A stretch of DNA of 64,000 nt from Eledone cirrhosa (lineage: Eukaryota): contig OZ024743.1 of assembly GCA_964016885.1 (NCBI GenBank), positions 96,100,001 through 96,164,000 of the forward strand, read 5' to 3'. Each line of letters opens with the position of its first letter. Within the stretch, counting starts at the first letter, position 1. Shown piece by piece: positions 1-13,293 of this stretch. Position numbers and translations under genes: made by a program. The notes beneath the pieces were generated by a model that worked only from the letters and a program-made list of their open reading frames with translations, was not told the DNA's origin and searched no databases.

Positions 1-87
1 ATTTGAACTCAGATCATACAGGGAGGTAACTCTATGCTTCAAAGCATGGCATCCGACCCTCTACCGATACTGCCAATCCACCGCCTT
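1..87 (-). mobile_element. Family A SINE head (cut by window edge)
   Basis: Reverse complement of 42781-42870. Confidence 0.8.
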
Positions 88-505
88 TCTTTGAATAAAT
101 AATGAATGAATATTACATAATTTATGTACTAAATTTTGTAACTCTTGATTAAATATAAATAATTGTATTGCTTATTTCAAGATTCGCTTCTTTTAAAATG
201 TTCAAATGTCAATACTTCCGGTTATGATGTAATGGACGCTATATCACATGGTTTATATTTCCGTCGCTAATTTTCTCCTTTATCATTTTCATAAAATTTT
301 GCCGTGATGCAGTTTATATATATTATCTTTTTTAAATGTATCATGGATTACTTTACTGATTACAGAAGAGAGTGTAACACACTCTCTTCAATTTCTGTGG
401 ATATTGTCAATTACGATTTTATTTGAGGTATTATATCTACATGCATATAATATCAATATGCACGCTACACATACTAGCAGAAGTTTTTCTACTAGTACAT
501 TTAAA
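88..505 (+). repeat. Dispersed repeat, inverted copy at ~2899-3305
   Basis: Visible reverse-complement similarity over ~400 bp, both ending at a ctagcagaa hairpin. Possibly Helitron-derived. Confidence 0.7.
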
Positions 506-959
506 CATGTTAACTCCATCCCAAACGGCAGTCTGACTGATTCACAAACCTTCATTCACTTTATTTCTCAAAGGTATCACCTTGAACATTCTCTCTGCCA
601 CGAGTTCCCTACAAACATCAAACTATATCAAACTTAACGTTTCTAAAGCCTTTCAGAATTTCCACTTCGTATATTTTATTCCTCATTTAGATTTATTATA
701 TTATAGCTATATGATATTTCACTAGTCCGACCCTTCTTAACCCTTCTTTCACTTTTCCTATCTTTGCTCAATATATTTGATAGCAAATTTTGTTGGTTAC
801 AGGTTTCCAACAAACCAGTTACTAGTTCACTTCATTTGTGACGTCAAGTATGAGGAGCAAGTGTTTGTAAGTCGATGTATCACAAGTGACTTCATTTCTA
901 AAGCACTGTCTTGTTTTCGGTGTTTATATCCTTCACCTATAAACCTCTGCGAAAAATAT

Positions 960-1053
<94 letters not shown>

Positions 1054-1244
1054 ATAGGAAAAGAGTCAGAATCCCAACGGCAGAGCTCAAGCCGTTTCGA
1101 CAGCTACTCCAGAAATAGCTGTCGAAACGGCTTGAGCTCTGCCGTTGGGGTTCTGACTCTTTTCCTATTACCCACTCTACTACCCAAAGTATCGATTACT
1201 CTGGTGTGTTATGGTCCACCTGGTTGCTTACCACACTTCCTTCG

Positions 1245-1283
<39 letters not shown>

Positions 1284-2898
1284 CGTATTTTTCAGTCGAC
1301 CGCTGCGCAATATGCTCAAATCGGGGACCACGTAGTTCCGAAGCGAACCACACAATAATTTCTCTCTCCATATATGACACCCTGTTATTTATTGAGTACA
1401 TGTTTCAAGTGGTATTCAACTATTAACTTGTCGATCATTCATTTGTATTTATGTTAAAACTATGTTCTATCTTAGCTCTGTTTTGTGTTGTCTTTCCACA
1501 GGGGTTGTTTGATTTGTACATTTTCATTCTTATTGTTGTAATATATGCTTCTTCGGTATTTTAAGGACAGAGAACAAAGGACAGTACCCATGTCTTTTAC
1601 AAGGCCTCCCAGTTTGGTGGAAGAAAGTTTTCCTCGGACTGAAGCACTAACCCGAGTATTTGTAGGCTCTGCAAAAGACAGCCTTAAACGGTCTCTATCA
1701 TATGTCATTCACAAGGCTTTGATCGACACAAGGCTATGTTCGATGACTCATGAGTAGGATTCAGTTGGAAACCAAGTAAGTGTAAAGATAATTTAGAAAC
1801 TATATAGCCATGCCTGCCCTCAATTTATTCCAACAATTGTTTCTGCACACAACTGACTGATTGACTCTAGTTATGTTCTGTCTCATTTTATTCTTATAAT
1901 ACTACTTACAGTGTTTTTATCAATATTTTATTTCTTGTTCTAGTGAGTCTTATCTATGTGCAGTCTCTTCAATTAGACTAAACTTAATTTATTTTTGGCT
2001 TGTTCTAGTGCTTCATAATATATTTACTTTTGCGATATAGGTATCTCCTGTTTACTTGTAATCACTTTATGAATAGTTGTATTTAACTGCTTCGCTATAT
2101 TCTGTAGCTGTTCTGCAGTCAGATATTATTGATGAGATCGGCCCGCTAGTTTCAGTGAATGCTTTACTGTTTACGTATTGATAAGGCTATCAACGATCTA
2201 CTGTAAGATAGTATGTACATATATTGAGGAATCAACAACCACCAGAAGTGCTTGGTGTTATCCTGGATACTTGTGATGTAGCCACAAATCATATTAAGGT
2301 CTCTCTCCAATTTCAAGGTGAGAATCAATAGAAGACGGCAGTATTTCCACGATAAGCCACGAATGTGAGCTAACATAATATAATAAGGTTTTGAAAGAAA
2401 ATTAAATATGTAGTTCGTTGATGAGTGCATGGTTATAATTCTGTTTAGGAAATGTGTGTAATTGTCTGGGTGAGTTAGTCCTGGAATGTAAAATAGAGGT
2501 TTTAGTTAATATCTTACAATTTAGAGTATAGCTTTGTTACATGGTTTAAATGTTAGTTTGGGTTGGTAGTGAGCTGAATAGCCTAATGTTCCCTTTAAAA
2601 CACCGTGTTTTACGTTGTCAGTGTTATAGTTCTTCAAAGAACATGTTAGCAGTGTTATCACGTATATTTTGAGTCTGAGCTACGTTGAAATATATCATTA
2701 GTTCTGGCTACAGACGGCCCGGAGATTTCTAACGACCAGTGAAAATAACCGAATAAACCAATAAAACAATAAAACAATTACTACCCAAGTTATACTAGAC
2801 ACGCATATATATGTTCTGATTATTTTGCTTTGGGCATATTATGTAGACGCAAAATGTCCGAATGGTAAAGAAGTTCGCTTGGCAATCATTAGGACTCA

Positions 2899-3305
2899 CT
2901 AGCAGAAAAACGACCCTTCGGGTGGTTTTCTGCTAGCAAGTGTAGTGTAGTGTGTATATTGATATTATACGCAAGTATATATGCATGTAGATATGATACA
3001 TCAAATAATATCGTAATTGACAATATCCACAGAAATTGAACGAAGACTGCGTTACACTGTCTTATGTAATCAGTAACGTAATCCATGATATATTTAAAAA
3101 ATAAGATATTATATATAAACTGCATTAGGAGAAAATTAGTGACGGAAATATATGAATGTTTATTTAAGCGATCGCTAACCGGAAGTTTTGACATTTGAAA
3201 ATTTTGAAAAAGTGAATCTATAAATAAACAATAAAATATATTTAATGAACAGCCACGAAATTTAGTAGATAAATTATGTAATATTCATTCATTGTGTATT
3301 CAAAG
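2899..3305 (-). repeat. Dispersed repeat, inverted relative to 88-505
   Basis: Hairpin ctagcagaaaa..gaccc ttc gggt..ttttctgctag at the terminus. Confidence 0.7.
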
Positions 3306-4381
3306 TAATCCAACTTATTTTACTAATGGGATAAAAAATTCTAAACCGTACGCAGTCCCGCACTCCTTACTTTATTATAATTTAGATATTCGATCGCGCT
3401 ACATAGAATCTTGAAAAAGTGTCATTTATCATAGCCTCGGGTTAGTCCATGTCTGGCGCATGGAAATTAGACATAGAAAATGTTTGGAATCACTTTGGAT
3501 GAACTATACTTGTATTGGATCGGCTTTATCACACTCTGTGTCATGCTGAATCTCCCATAGGATAAAGAGAGTAACGACCCCCTTCGGTCACGAAGGACGA
3601 TGGGATTTGCACCTAGAAAGTTCCCCTCCGTGGCACAAGTCCGAGTAAGGGTGTTTGTGGAAGACCATCAGTCGCCCAACAATACCAGCCTCCCTTCTCC
3701 CATAGAACTTCGTTAACGGTACACGTATCAGTGGAATGCTCAGCCACTTACTTGTTAATTTCATGAGCAGGCTGTTTTGTTGTTCGTACAACTATGATAC
3801 TCATCGTCGTAACTGACGGAAATCCAACATGTATGTGTTATTTGTCGATAATGACAATGATGGTGAGCTTGAGACTTTACTCAGATTTTAGATTAAGATT
3901 AAGCTAAAACTAAAGATAAAGTTAGTCTAGACAGAAATAAATAGATATCTCCAAGATATTTGTGTCATATTCAGCGTCAATCGTAGAAAATAAAACTATA
4001 AATAGACCAAATTCTCAGTCAATTAAATCTCGGTGCCCCAGCATGGTCTCAGTAGATGAGAGGCGTATACGTCCTAGATATGGTACTATTAATTAAGGCC
4101 AGCCAGTCAACCTTTCATTATATGCAAATGAGTATCTCCTGTGGATGTTTTATAAGCAAAAGGTATATAAGCTATAGCTTATACTTGTCTGAATACGAAG
4201 TAAGTAAACGTTACCGATGATGGATGAAACTCCTGAAATACTAGTGTCTGATGTTTTCATGCGGCTACTGAAAGAACTATGACAGGGTCACAGTTTTTAA
4301 ACATCCATAGCGACTCATATATGATTATTATACAAAAAACATGTCACATATATCTTGTATATACATTTATTATAAAGACTT

Positions 4382-4414
<33 letters not shown>

Positions 4415-5024
4415 CTGTTTGTGTGTGTATGTGTGTGTGTTTGTATGTGTATGTGTGTGTGTGTATGTGTTTGTGTGTGTCTGTGTGTGTCTGTGTCTGT
4501 GTGTGTGTATCCGTTTGAGGTCATTAACCCGCCAGATTTAATGCAACTTGTGATATTTAGTCTCGTTCGTTCCGTTTCTGTGATAAATTTAAATCTCGCT
4601 AGCGTACCATTTTTTCTCCTGTCCCTTCCCTCCTGGGTCGAATATTGGATCTCCGTCGATTTTGACGACGAAGGCTCCAGTTTTTTGATCAACAGAACTA
4701 CCTACCCATGAAATTAACATGTAGCCGAGCATTCTTCAGACATAAGTATGGTATAGACCCCCTTCAGTCACAAATGACCATGGGATTTGCTCCTAGAAAG
4801 TTTCCCTCCGAAGCACAAGTCCGGGCAAATAAGTGTTTTTAAATACAATTATGTTGGAAGGTCTTTCAATAAATATAAACACTTTAAATATTTGTATCAT
4901 AGGACCGGAGGCGTTTTCAGGCGGTTCGTATCAAAAGGATTAAAGGATTTCTAATACTAATTTAGCTACGTTAAACATTCTCCAAAATCAGACCGTATGT
5001 TAGTTTAATAAAAGATTGTTAGTA

Positions 5025-5300
5025 CGCGTGACTCAGTGGTTATGGTGTTCTGCTCATGTTTATATGGTCATGTCTTCGATTCCTGGCAGCATATTGTGTC
5101 TGTCAGCAAGACAATTTATTAAGCGTTGCTCCAGTCTACACAGCTAGTAAAATGAATTGCCTCTGTGATTCAAAAGGATGGCCTATATCTCGCTTAGAAC
5201 TATATTAAGGGTACACGTTTCTACAGTATACAGAGCCACTTGTATGTTCTTTTCCTTAGCAGGCTGTTCCGTTGTTCGTAACTGACGGAGATCCAACATG
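5025..5300 (+). mobile_element. Older tRNA-derived SINE family C (also ~3400-3830, ~33372-33705)
   Basis: Degenerate A/B boxes and shared 3' motif gcaggctgttccgttg..cgtaactgacgg. Confidence 0.6.
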
Positions 5301-6399
5301 TCACAATAAAAGAGCAATTGATAAGTGTATTTTTCACAAAATATGTAAGTGACATACTTTATTTCATGTTATAGTTTTAATTCATATATTTTCAGTTGTA
5401 GAACACATTCTAGTTGTTATTTATTCGTTTAATGGTTCTACTTTATATCATATCTTCCATTCTTACTCCCATCCTTATATTTTGTTTTCGCTGTAAAAAA
5501 TGTATTCGTCGTCGCTATTAGTGTTTTGTCGTTGCTACCTACATTTACAGTCTTAACTTTATTGCTTCTTTCTCTTACAGTTTTATCTGTTATATTCTTT
5601 TTTTTTTCTTCTTCATTTAGCTTTTATTTCTCCATAGACATCATACGCCTTCAATTTGCATTTACTTTTTAAATTTTTTATTTTTCTTCTTCTAGACTAT
5701 TATATGTTTTCTTCCAACACCCTACTACACATCCCTCGTTCTTTTTCGTTAATATACGACAATTTCCTCCGTGTCAAAGATCCTGCAATTCCCCATTAGC
5801 TATATCGGACAAGTAATGAACAATAAAAGCTTATCAGACTTTCAAAATCCATTTCCTAACAGTATCACTCAAAGGATTCCACCAACCGGATATTTGTAGG
5901 GGAATTGCAGATTTACAACCTTCATCACCACCAATGTTATTTCCGTCTTATCTAATTTCTTACAGCTCCACCATTTTCTATTAGAGTAAATCGTTGTTTT
6001 ATTTGCTTGATTTGTTTTGTTTTGTTATGTTTTTGTGTGTGTTGTTGCTGTTTTTTTTTGCTTTTTTTTTATTCTGTTAAAAAATTCTCATTCCTCTTGT
6101 TTAATCCTCGTGATGTTTCATGATTCTCAATAATAAAACTGACCGTAGTGATTCTAACAACCACACTGATTTCTTACATTACCATAATCAGCTATCCTAC
6201 AGCATCCATTTACCATTTTATCTTGATTAGATCCTGGAGATATCGATCAACCACTTATAATGGCTCTGATATGTACACCCTTACTTTCCAATCTAAAGCA
6301 TTGATTTAGCTGGTCCTTATTATGACACTAAAGAATCTATACAATCTCCCTAATATACTTATCTTCTTTGTGAAGAATATCACATTATGAATAATCCAC

Positions 6400-6690
6400 T
6401 TAAAGGCAACTAACACTGGTCTTGCCACTTCGGCCACATACCCGGGCACTACAGCCCGTTGCACAGTGAAGCGAAATACATCCAAATGCCGAGACTTGAC
6501 TAACTGCTTACTTTTCATACCAGTCGCTGTCGAAATTTCTGGTGTCACGGTCCCCGAACTGCCGTTTTCCTCCGCCAAATTGAGAGGACTGGCTCTTGAT
6601 TGAGGAAGGAACCGAGTGAGAGGGAATTGCTGATACACCCCGTGTTACTGGCTTTTCTTTACGGCAATGCTTTTACCATCGTGTCCTCGA
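6400..6690 (+). mobile_element. Degenerate CRE-clade non-LTR element, restriction-like endonuclease end
   Basis: Across frameshifts: LFIPVAVEISGV / GPRTAVFLRQI / EPSERELLI..VLLAFLYGNA, matching the PxAVET.G...GNA C-terminal pattern. Confidence 0.55.
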
Positions 6691-7248
6691 GGCGCAGCTG
6701 AGACATACTGCCCAGCAATAGGTGTACACTGTGTCCCCTCCATTCCCCTTCCTCCTTTTCCATTTTTGTATTTTTCTTAGCCACTCTCACACTTTTTTCT
6801 CCCTCCTCCCTGTTTATTATTTTATTCCATCTTTTTAACATTCATCATTGTATATATCCGTTCAACAATAAACTTACTCATGATTTACATTTTATATGGT
6901 CATTGGATTTCACTAACCGTTGGTTAAAATATTCTCGAAGATCCTCTATCAATTATTTTTGTTAGGGTTGGAGTATGAAGACTTAGTGGTTAGAGAGTTA
7001 AATTCACTATTGTGAGGTTGTGAGTTTGGGGCATTTTTTCACATTGCTCCAGTTCACTCAGCTGTAGAAATGAGTTGTGTCACTGATATCAAGCTTTTCC
7101 TTTGTATGACATTGGTGACAATAGTCACGACAGGCCTATCAAGCCGGCGATGGAAATTAAACCTGCTCACAAAAGAAAAACAGAAGACTCGTTTTAGAGG
7201 AACTTCTGGACTGACGGGTGTTAAATGAAGATTAAGGGGGGGAATATA

Positions 7249-7730
7249 AGTTGCCTCTCTTGTTATGACAATCACATCACCGCTCTCTAGACAGGAAGTA
7301 GCTGGAGTTACTTCCCGTTGGGGTGGCAGAACCCTTTTTGTCACTTCCGTCCGGACCCTATAAAAGGGATAGGTCAGGGCGATCTCACTCTCTCGCCTCC
7401 TGAATCCCAAAGTGTTAACAACACCTGCGACCTTGTCATGAGATGACTCCTCTCTCATTTCCTTCGCCATCAAGAAGAAGAATTCCTCCCTCATTTCCTT
7501 CGCCACTCAAGAAGAATGCCACCGGCAGCCTAAGAAGATGTTAACACCTCCAAGAGAAGATCTCTGTTCTTCTCCACACGCTTCAGCCTAGGAGTTGTGA
7601 CCAACGGGTAACCATTTATTTATATTAATCCATTTGACTTCTGTGAAGTAAAAACCTTGTCACAACACACACCGGCATTTATTGTCATTTCTGATAATGC
7701 ATATATGTACACCGATACTAATCTCCTAAA
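7249..7730 (+). repeat. 5' LTR of Gypsy element
   Basis: Aligns to 13303-13784. TATA-like ctataaaagg near 7358. Lacks the first ~9 bp (tgtagcaag) present in the 3' copy. Confidence 0.9.
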
Positions 7731-7731
7731 G

Positions 7732-7752
7732 TGGTGACCCCCGGCGTGATTT
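7732..7752 (+). promoter_or_regulatory. Primer binding site, tRNA-Trp type
   Basis: tggtgacccccggcgtgattt starts 1 nt after the LTR. It is close to the reverse complement of the eukaryotic tRNA-Trp 3' end (TGGTGACCCCGACGTGATTT). Confidence 0.8.
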
Positions 7753-8229
7753 TTAAAAAAATGGGAAAATAGTTAAAGGTGTATATAAAAAAAAAGAGAA
7801 GAAAGAAGAAGAAAAAAAAACAAAATTTAATACAAAACGAACACCTACAGTTATTGACACACAAACAAACAGCAATTGTATGAATGTTTTTGCCTTTTTT
7901 TTCTCTCCCTTTCTGCTCTTCTCTTCTCTGGCTAAAAATTTTGAGGATGACAAGATGGAGGCTTTCTTCTCCATCATTAGTGTTTTTGGCGCGAAATAGT
8001 CCGCCATGTTGGATTTTGTTTTAAATTCCTTGCCCTTACCTTAGTAATAACATCATTCAGTTAGACGCTTCTTTGCATATTGTCCCGGATGCATTATTTT
8101 TCCGGTCCAGTCGTTTGACAGAGAAAAATAAGCGATTTTGTTTTCCTTTTTTGTTGTGTTGGAGACATTTTCCCAGACGGAGACGATTATTTTTTTTTTT
8201 GTTCTTGGTAAATTACCTACGGTATACCA

Positions 8230-9024
8230 ATGGCTTCTCACTCTGTTCTGCCAACGTACACGGGCGACGTAAGGCTATGGTTCGCCCAACTCGAAGCATT
8301 TTTCGAGGCGAACAGAGTTGACGAGGCACTACAACGTCCTCTGGTCCTTAGTGCAATTCCGCCGGCAATTCTCCCAGCGATTAAGGACCTGGTGTTAGAG
8401 ACACCCACAGACTCGACGTACACGTCTCTGAAGGCTGAAATACTCAGCCGGGCAGAACAGTCTTCAGAAAAAAGGTTTAGGGCTTTGGTCCATCTGGAGC
8501 ATATAGGGGATGGCACCCCATCGAACCTCCTAAGCCGAATGAAGTACCTAACGGAGGGGTCGGTAACGGAAACTGCCCTGCTGAAGCAGTTGTTCTTCTC
8601 GCGCCTGCCGACCAGCGTACAGGCAATTTTGGTCCCCATGAGAGATACAAGCACGGTGGATCAGCTTGCCGCCTCTGCGGACAAAATTTTCGAGGTGACG
8701 AGTGCCGGAGGCAGCGAACCCCTTGCCGCTGTTCACCACCCAGCTCGGGCCACACTCCGCCATGCCATCTACGCGGCAGCGCCAATAGACAGCTCAACCA
8801 TTATGGCGATGCAAAAGTCCATTCAGGAACTCACAATAGAGCTCCACAAGATGAAGGCCTTGTGTGGTGCCCGTTCGCGGCCCCGCAGTCGCGGGAGATC
8901 GCAAAGTTTTAGACGTCATTCAAAATCACCAGCTTCATCTTTATGCTGGTACCACGAGCGATTTGCTGAGAGCGCGAACTACTGCGTGCAACCTTGCTCG
9001 TTTCACAAGGCGGGAAACGCCTAA
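8230..9024 (+). CDS. gag: Gag-like protein (264 aa)
   Basis: N-terminal [10 protein letters not shown] and C-terminal [12 protein letters not shown] motifs typical of metazoan Gypsy Gag. Open frame directly after the leader. Confidence 0.85.
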   Translation: MASHSVLPTYTGDVRLWFAQLEAFFEANRVDEALQRPLVLSAIPPAILPAIKDLVLETPTDSTYTSLKAEILSRAEQSSEKRFRALVHLEHIGDGTPSNLLSRMKYLTEGSVTETALLKQLFFSRLPTSVQAILVPMRDTSTVDQLAASADKIFEVTSAGGSEPLAAVHHPARATLRHAIYAAAPIDSSTIMAMQKSIQELTIELHKMKALCGARSRPRSRGRSQSFRRHSKSPASSLCWYHERFAESANYCVQPCSFHKAGNA

Positions 9025-9046
9025 GAGGTCCGCTGATGTTGACCTC
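9012..9046 (+). promoter_or_regulatory. -1 ribosomal frameshift signal (G GGA AAC + hairpin)
   Basis: Slippery heptamer at 9012-9018 in gag phase, 6-nt spacer, then stem gaggtc/gacctc (9025-9046). Confidence 0.7.
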
Positions 9047-12000
9047 AGCATAAAGCCACCAAACCGCCATTCCTTCATTAAGGACCTAATGTCGGCAAGA
9101 GGTTTCCTCGTGGATACAGGAGCCTCCTGTAGTATTTGGCCGGTCCATTGCCTGAAAGATACCCCCATAGAGTCATCTGTTACGCTGCAGACAGTTAACC
9201 ACTCGTCTATAAAGACGTACGGGCAAATCTCGCTTCCTCTCAAATTCCTAAATCTTCGTAGGGATTTTAAGTGGACTTTTACGGTTGCCGATTTGCCATA
9301 CCCTATCTTAGGAGCGGATTTCCTACACAACTTCTCTTTGACTGTGGACGTCCGTGGCCAACGCCTGGTGGATAACATCACCGGTTTTTCAATTCATGGC
9401 CAGGAAGCCAATGCTCCAATAGTCAGCCCAATATTCTTCATCGCTGCCGCTGGAGACGCCTACCATTCGTTGCTGGGTTCTTTCCCGGAGCTCACGGATG
9501 GAAATTTTCGAGTCACTGAGCCAACACCCTCGACCGAACATTTCGTTTCCACCACCGGTGCTCCAGTGTTTTCGCGTCCACGCCGCTTACCGGCGGACAA
9601 ATTAAAGGCAGCACGGTCCGAGTTCGACCATATGCTGCAGCTGGGCATTATTCGCCCATCTACGAGTCCTTGGGCTTCACCGTTACACATGGTGCCCAAG
9701 ACTTCCGGCGACTGGAGACCCGTCCCGGATAGGTATCCCATCCCCCATCTCCAGGATTTTGCATCTTCACTGCAGGGGTGTAAGATTTTCTCAAAACTAG
9801 ATTTAGTGCGAGCCTACCACCAAATTCCGGTCAGGAAGGAGGATATTCCGAAAACGGAGATTACAACCCCTTTCGGATCCTTCGAATTTTTTACCATGCC
9901 TTTCGGACTCAGGAACGCCGCTAGCACTTTTCAGCGGTTCATAGACGAGGTCACTCGTGGTCTGGACTTCGTTTATGCTTACATAGACGATATTCTCGTC
10001 GCTAGTTCGTCTCTGGAAGACCATATGCGCCACATGCATCTCTTATTTCGGCGACTTCAGGATTACCGCGTTCGTGTGAATCCAGCAAAGTGTGTTTTCG
10101 GTTCCACTTTCCTAAATTTTTTGGGCCACCTCATCGACGCCGAAGGTATTAGGCCGCTCCCTCAGCGAGTTCAAGCCATACAGGAGTTACCTCCGCCTAC
10201 TACACTTCACCAGTTGCGTCACTTCTTAGGTCTAATCAATTTCTATAGGCGTTTCGTTCCTCATTGTGCTAATTTGTTATCTTCCCTTACTGACATTTTT
10301 AAAAATCGTCGTAAGAAGAATGAGGATATTTCCTTGACACAAGGACAGCTTCAAGACTTCCAGACTGCCAAGACAGCACTCGCTAGTTCATCTTTGCTAG
10401 CCCACCCGGTACCAGAGGCCAAGCTTTCGCTTTGTGTTGATGGATCTGATACCGCTGTGGGAGCAGTTCTACAGCAGTCCTACGCTGAAAACCAACAACC
10501 TTTGTCATTTTTCTCGAGGAAGCTGAAACCATCAGAAACGCGTTATAGCACGTTTGGGCGGGAATTATTAGCCATATATCTGTCGGTGAAACATTTCTCA
10601 CATATTCTTGAGGGGAGAAATTTTACAGTTTTTACCGACCACAAACCGTTGACCCTCGCTTTGGGGGCTAAAGCCGACAGATATTCGCCTAGAGAGACAA
10701 GGCACCTGGACTACGTTTCACAATTTACAAACGATATCCAGCACATTGCTGGCTCGCATAACGTAGCTGCAGACACATTGTCACGTTTGCCAATCAACTC
10801 CATCTCGTCATCCCAGGAGATCGACTTAGGTCGTTTAGCTGCAGACCAACCTGCACTCCAATCGTTGGACACTCTTTCTGCTGAATTTGCGACTTACATT
10901 TTCAAATATCTTCCCTTGTCCACCACCGACAGGCAGATTCTATGTGATGTATCTACGGATTCACCATGACCACTTGTTCCTGAGACTCACCGTCGAATTG
11001 TGTTCCTGGCTTTGCACAACATTTCTCACCCAGAATCTGCTGCCACAGTAAAGCTGATAACAGCCAGATTCTTCTGGCCAAATATGAGGCGCGACATTGC
11101 TGCTTGGTGCCGTTCCTGCATCGCTTGCCAGAAATCGAAAATCCATAGACACTTCCGGACTCCACTTGGTACTTTCAGTACTCCTGATGCTCGGTTTTAG
11201 CACATACACATTGACCTCGTTGGACCTTGGTCATTCAGCAGTGGATATTCATACATATTGACCTGTGTCGATCGTTTTTCGCGATGGCCTGAAGCCATCC
11301 CCTTACAAGATATGACTGCTGAGACTGTAGCACGTGCCCTGGTATCAGGGTGGATTACCCGCTTTGGGGTACCAACTACAGTCACCACAGACCGTGGTAG
11401 ACAATTCGAGTCCCATCTCTTCTCTGAGTTCACAAAGATATTTGGAGCTCAACGGATTCGGACCACAGCCTATCATTCTGCTTCAAACGGAATGGTGGAA
11501 CGATTCCACCGCCAATTAAAGGCCGCTCTTCGCGCCTATCCAGACTCTCAACGTTGGAGCGAGTACCTTCCTATTGTGTTGTTAAGAATTCGGTCATCAA
11601 TAAAGGAGGACCTGAGGTTCTCCCCGGCCGAATTACTTTACGGTGCTCCTCTAGCGTTGCCTGGGCAAATGCTTGCTCCTGTTGATCTTACTTTCCAAGA
11701 TCCGCTTTCCTACGTATCTCGTCTGCGTTCTTATTTTCAGGACCTGCCGCCGATGGATACGAGGAAACAAACTGTAAAACCTGCGGTCCCGAGGGACATT
11801 GCTTCGTGGACCCATGTGTTCGTAAGGAACGATGCTGTGAGACCACCCCTTACACAACCATACTCTGGACCCTACCGTGTGTTAGCACGTACTGACAAAC
11901 ATTTCACTGTAGACGTTAAGGGGTCCAGAGAGACAATTTCGGTGTATAGACTAAAAAGGGCACACAATGATGCTCATACACCCGAGCCACAAATACCCCA

Positions 12001-12124
12001 ATCTTTCTCTCTTGTGCATACACCTGTTCCTTCTTCCCCACCTTCACCTACTTACAAGACCACGACCCATTCCGGTCGAAGAGTCCACTGGCCCAAAAAG
12101 TTCTGCCAAACTGTTTTCATGTGA
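9012..12124 (+). pseudogene. pol: Gypsy pol (protease, RT, RNase H, DDE integrase), disrupted
   Basis: Motifs [76 protein letters not shown]. In-frame stops at 10967 and 11198, a phase break near 9050, and loss of the CGDYRxLN motif. Confidence 0.93.
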
Positions 12125-13293
12125 ACTGGCTACTGGAGCCTTATTATTTTTTTTGTTGTTCTTTTTATTTATTTATTTATTGTATTACTATGTACCTTGT
12201 TTTTCGTTTCTTCTTACAACGAACATTTAAAAAAAAAAAAAGAAATTTGATTTTTTTTTTTTTTTACACATTTCAACATGAACACTTATTTTCGCTGAAT
12301 CTCAACTATTGCTTATTCTTTCCGCCAAGCATTTTTCATCGTTCACAAAAAAGTTGAACTCGCCATATTTGTTATACTAAGTGAAGCCTTTCTTTCTTTT
12401 TCATCATATTGTCACGTTCACACACACATTGTTCAAAATGGCTGCCAACGACCTGTTGCACTATCATTTTCGCGCCATTTTCTCGCGCAATTTTTTCAAC
12501 TTAACCTTGTTTCGGCACGTGTAGGCAGCACACATCTCGACTCACTGAGATACCACACGCCATGGATAATGTTTCTCGCCAAGGATTCTCCAGCCTATAT
12601 TCTCCTATTTGCCGGTTTAAAAATTTACCACGTAAATTTGCCGTTGAAAACTGCGCATTTATTCAGAATGCTTATTTCTTTGGTCGCTGGCCTCTTGATC
12701 CTTCCAGGTCAACGCATTCTCAACATCGACCATCAACTTTGGCTGTTATTTCTAGCACTTTGCGCAACTCATTTTTTCTGGGAAAATTTTTACTGTGAAT
12801 TCAAACATCGAATACGCTCACTCCGCGAGCAAACATCAACAACAACACAGCTTCATCAACAACCAAAACCAGCAGAACAAGCCAGAGAATTTATTTTTGC
12901 AGCACTCTTCCTGTGAGAAAAATCCTTCGGAGGTTGGAAATTTCACATTATACCACAGACCAGAAACCACCTGCATTCATTCTCTGGAACACACTTTGTT
13001 TCCTGCTGTCATGTGATTGCACATATGTGAACTGTATTTTGAACATTTGAACTTTGACCTCTTCTTTTACTTTGATTACATTGTATCTTTGAGTGATGGA
13101 TAATAGTTCTCTGGCCAAGAGCGGTTGGCCACCTTGATATCTATCATTGATTTTTGCATGCATATATTTTGCTGTTTTCCTTTTATCGCAAACATTATTT
13201 TTTTAGTAATTTTCATGCCTGTTACATGCTCGCCATCTTACTCCATAGATGTTTCATTCGATTTTTATGTTTTAAAAATCTGGCGGTAGATAA

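Noticed and set aside
1390-2600. Very old PLE coding remnant
   Set aside because: Only faint motif resemblance, with no convincing RT core readable.
7054-7506. Duplicated MAKEMREE ORF (also 13222-13560)
   Set aside because: It is an antisense reading of the two LTRs, and its C-terminus differs outside the LTR.
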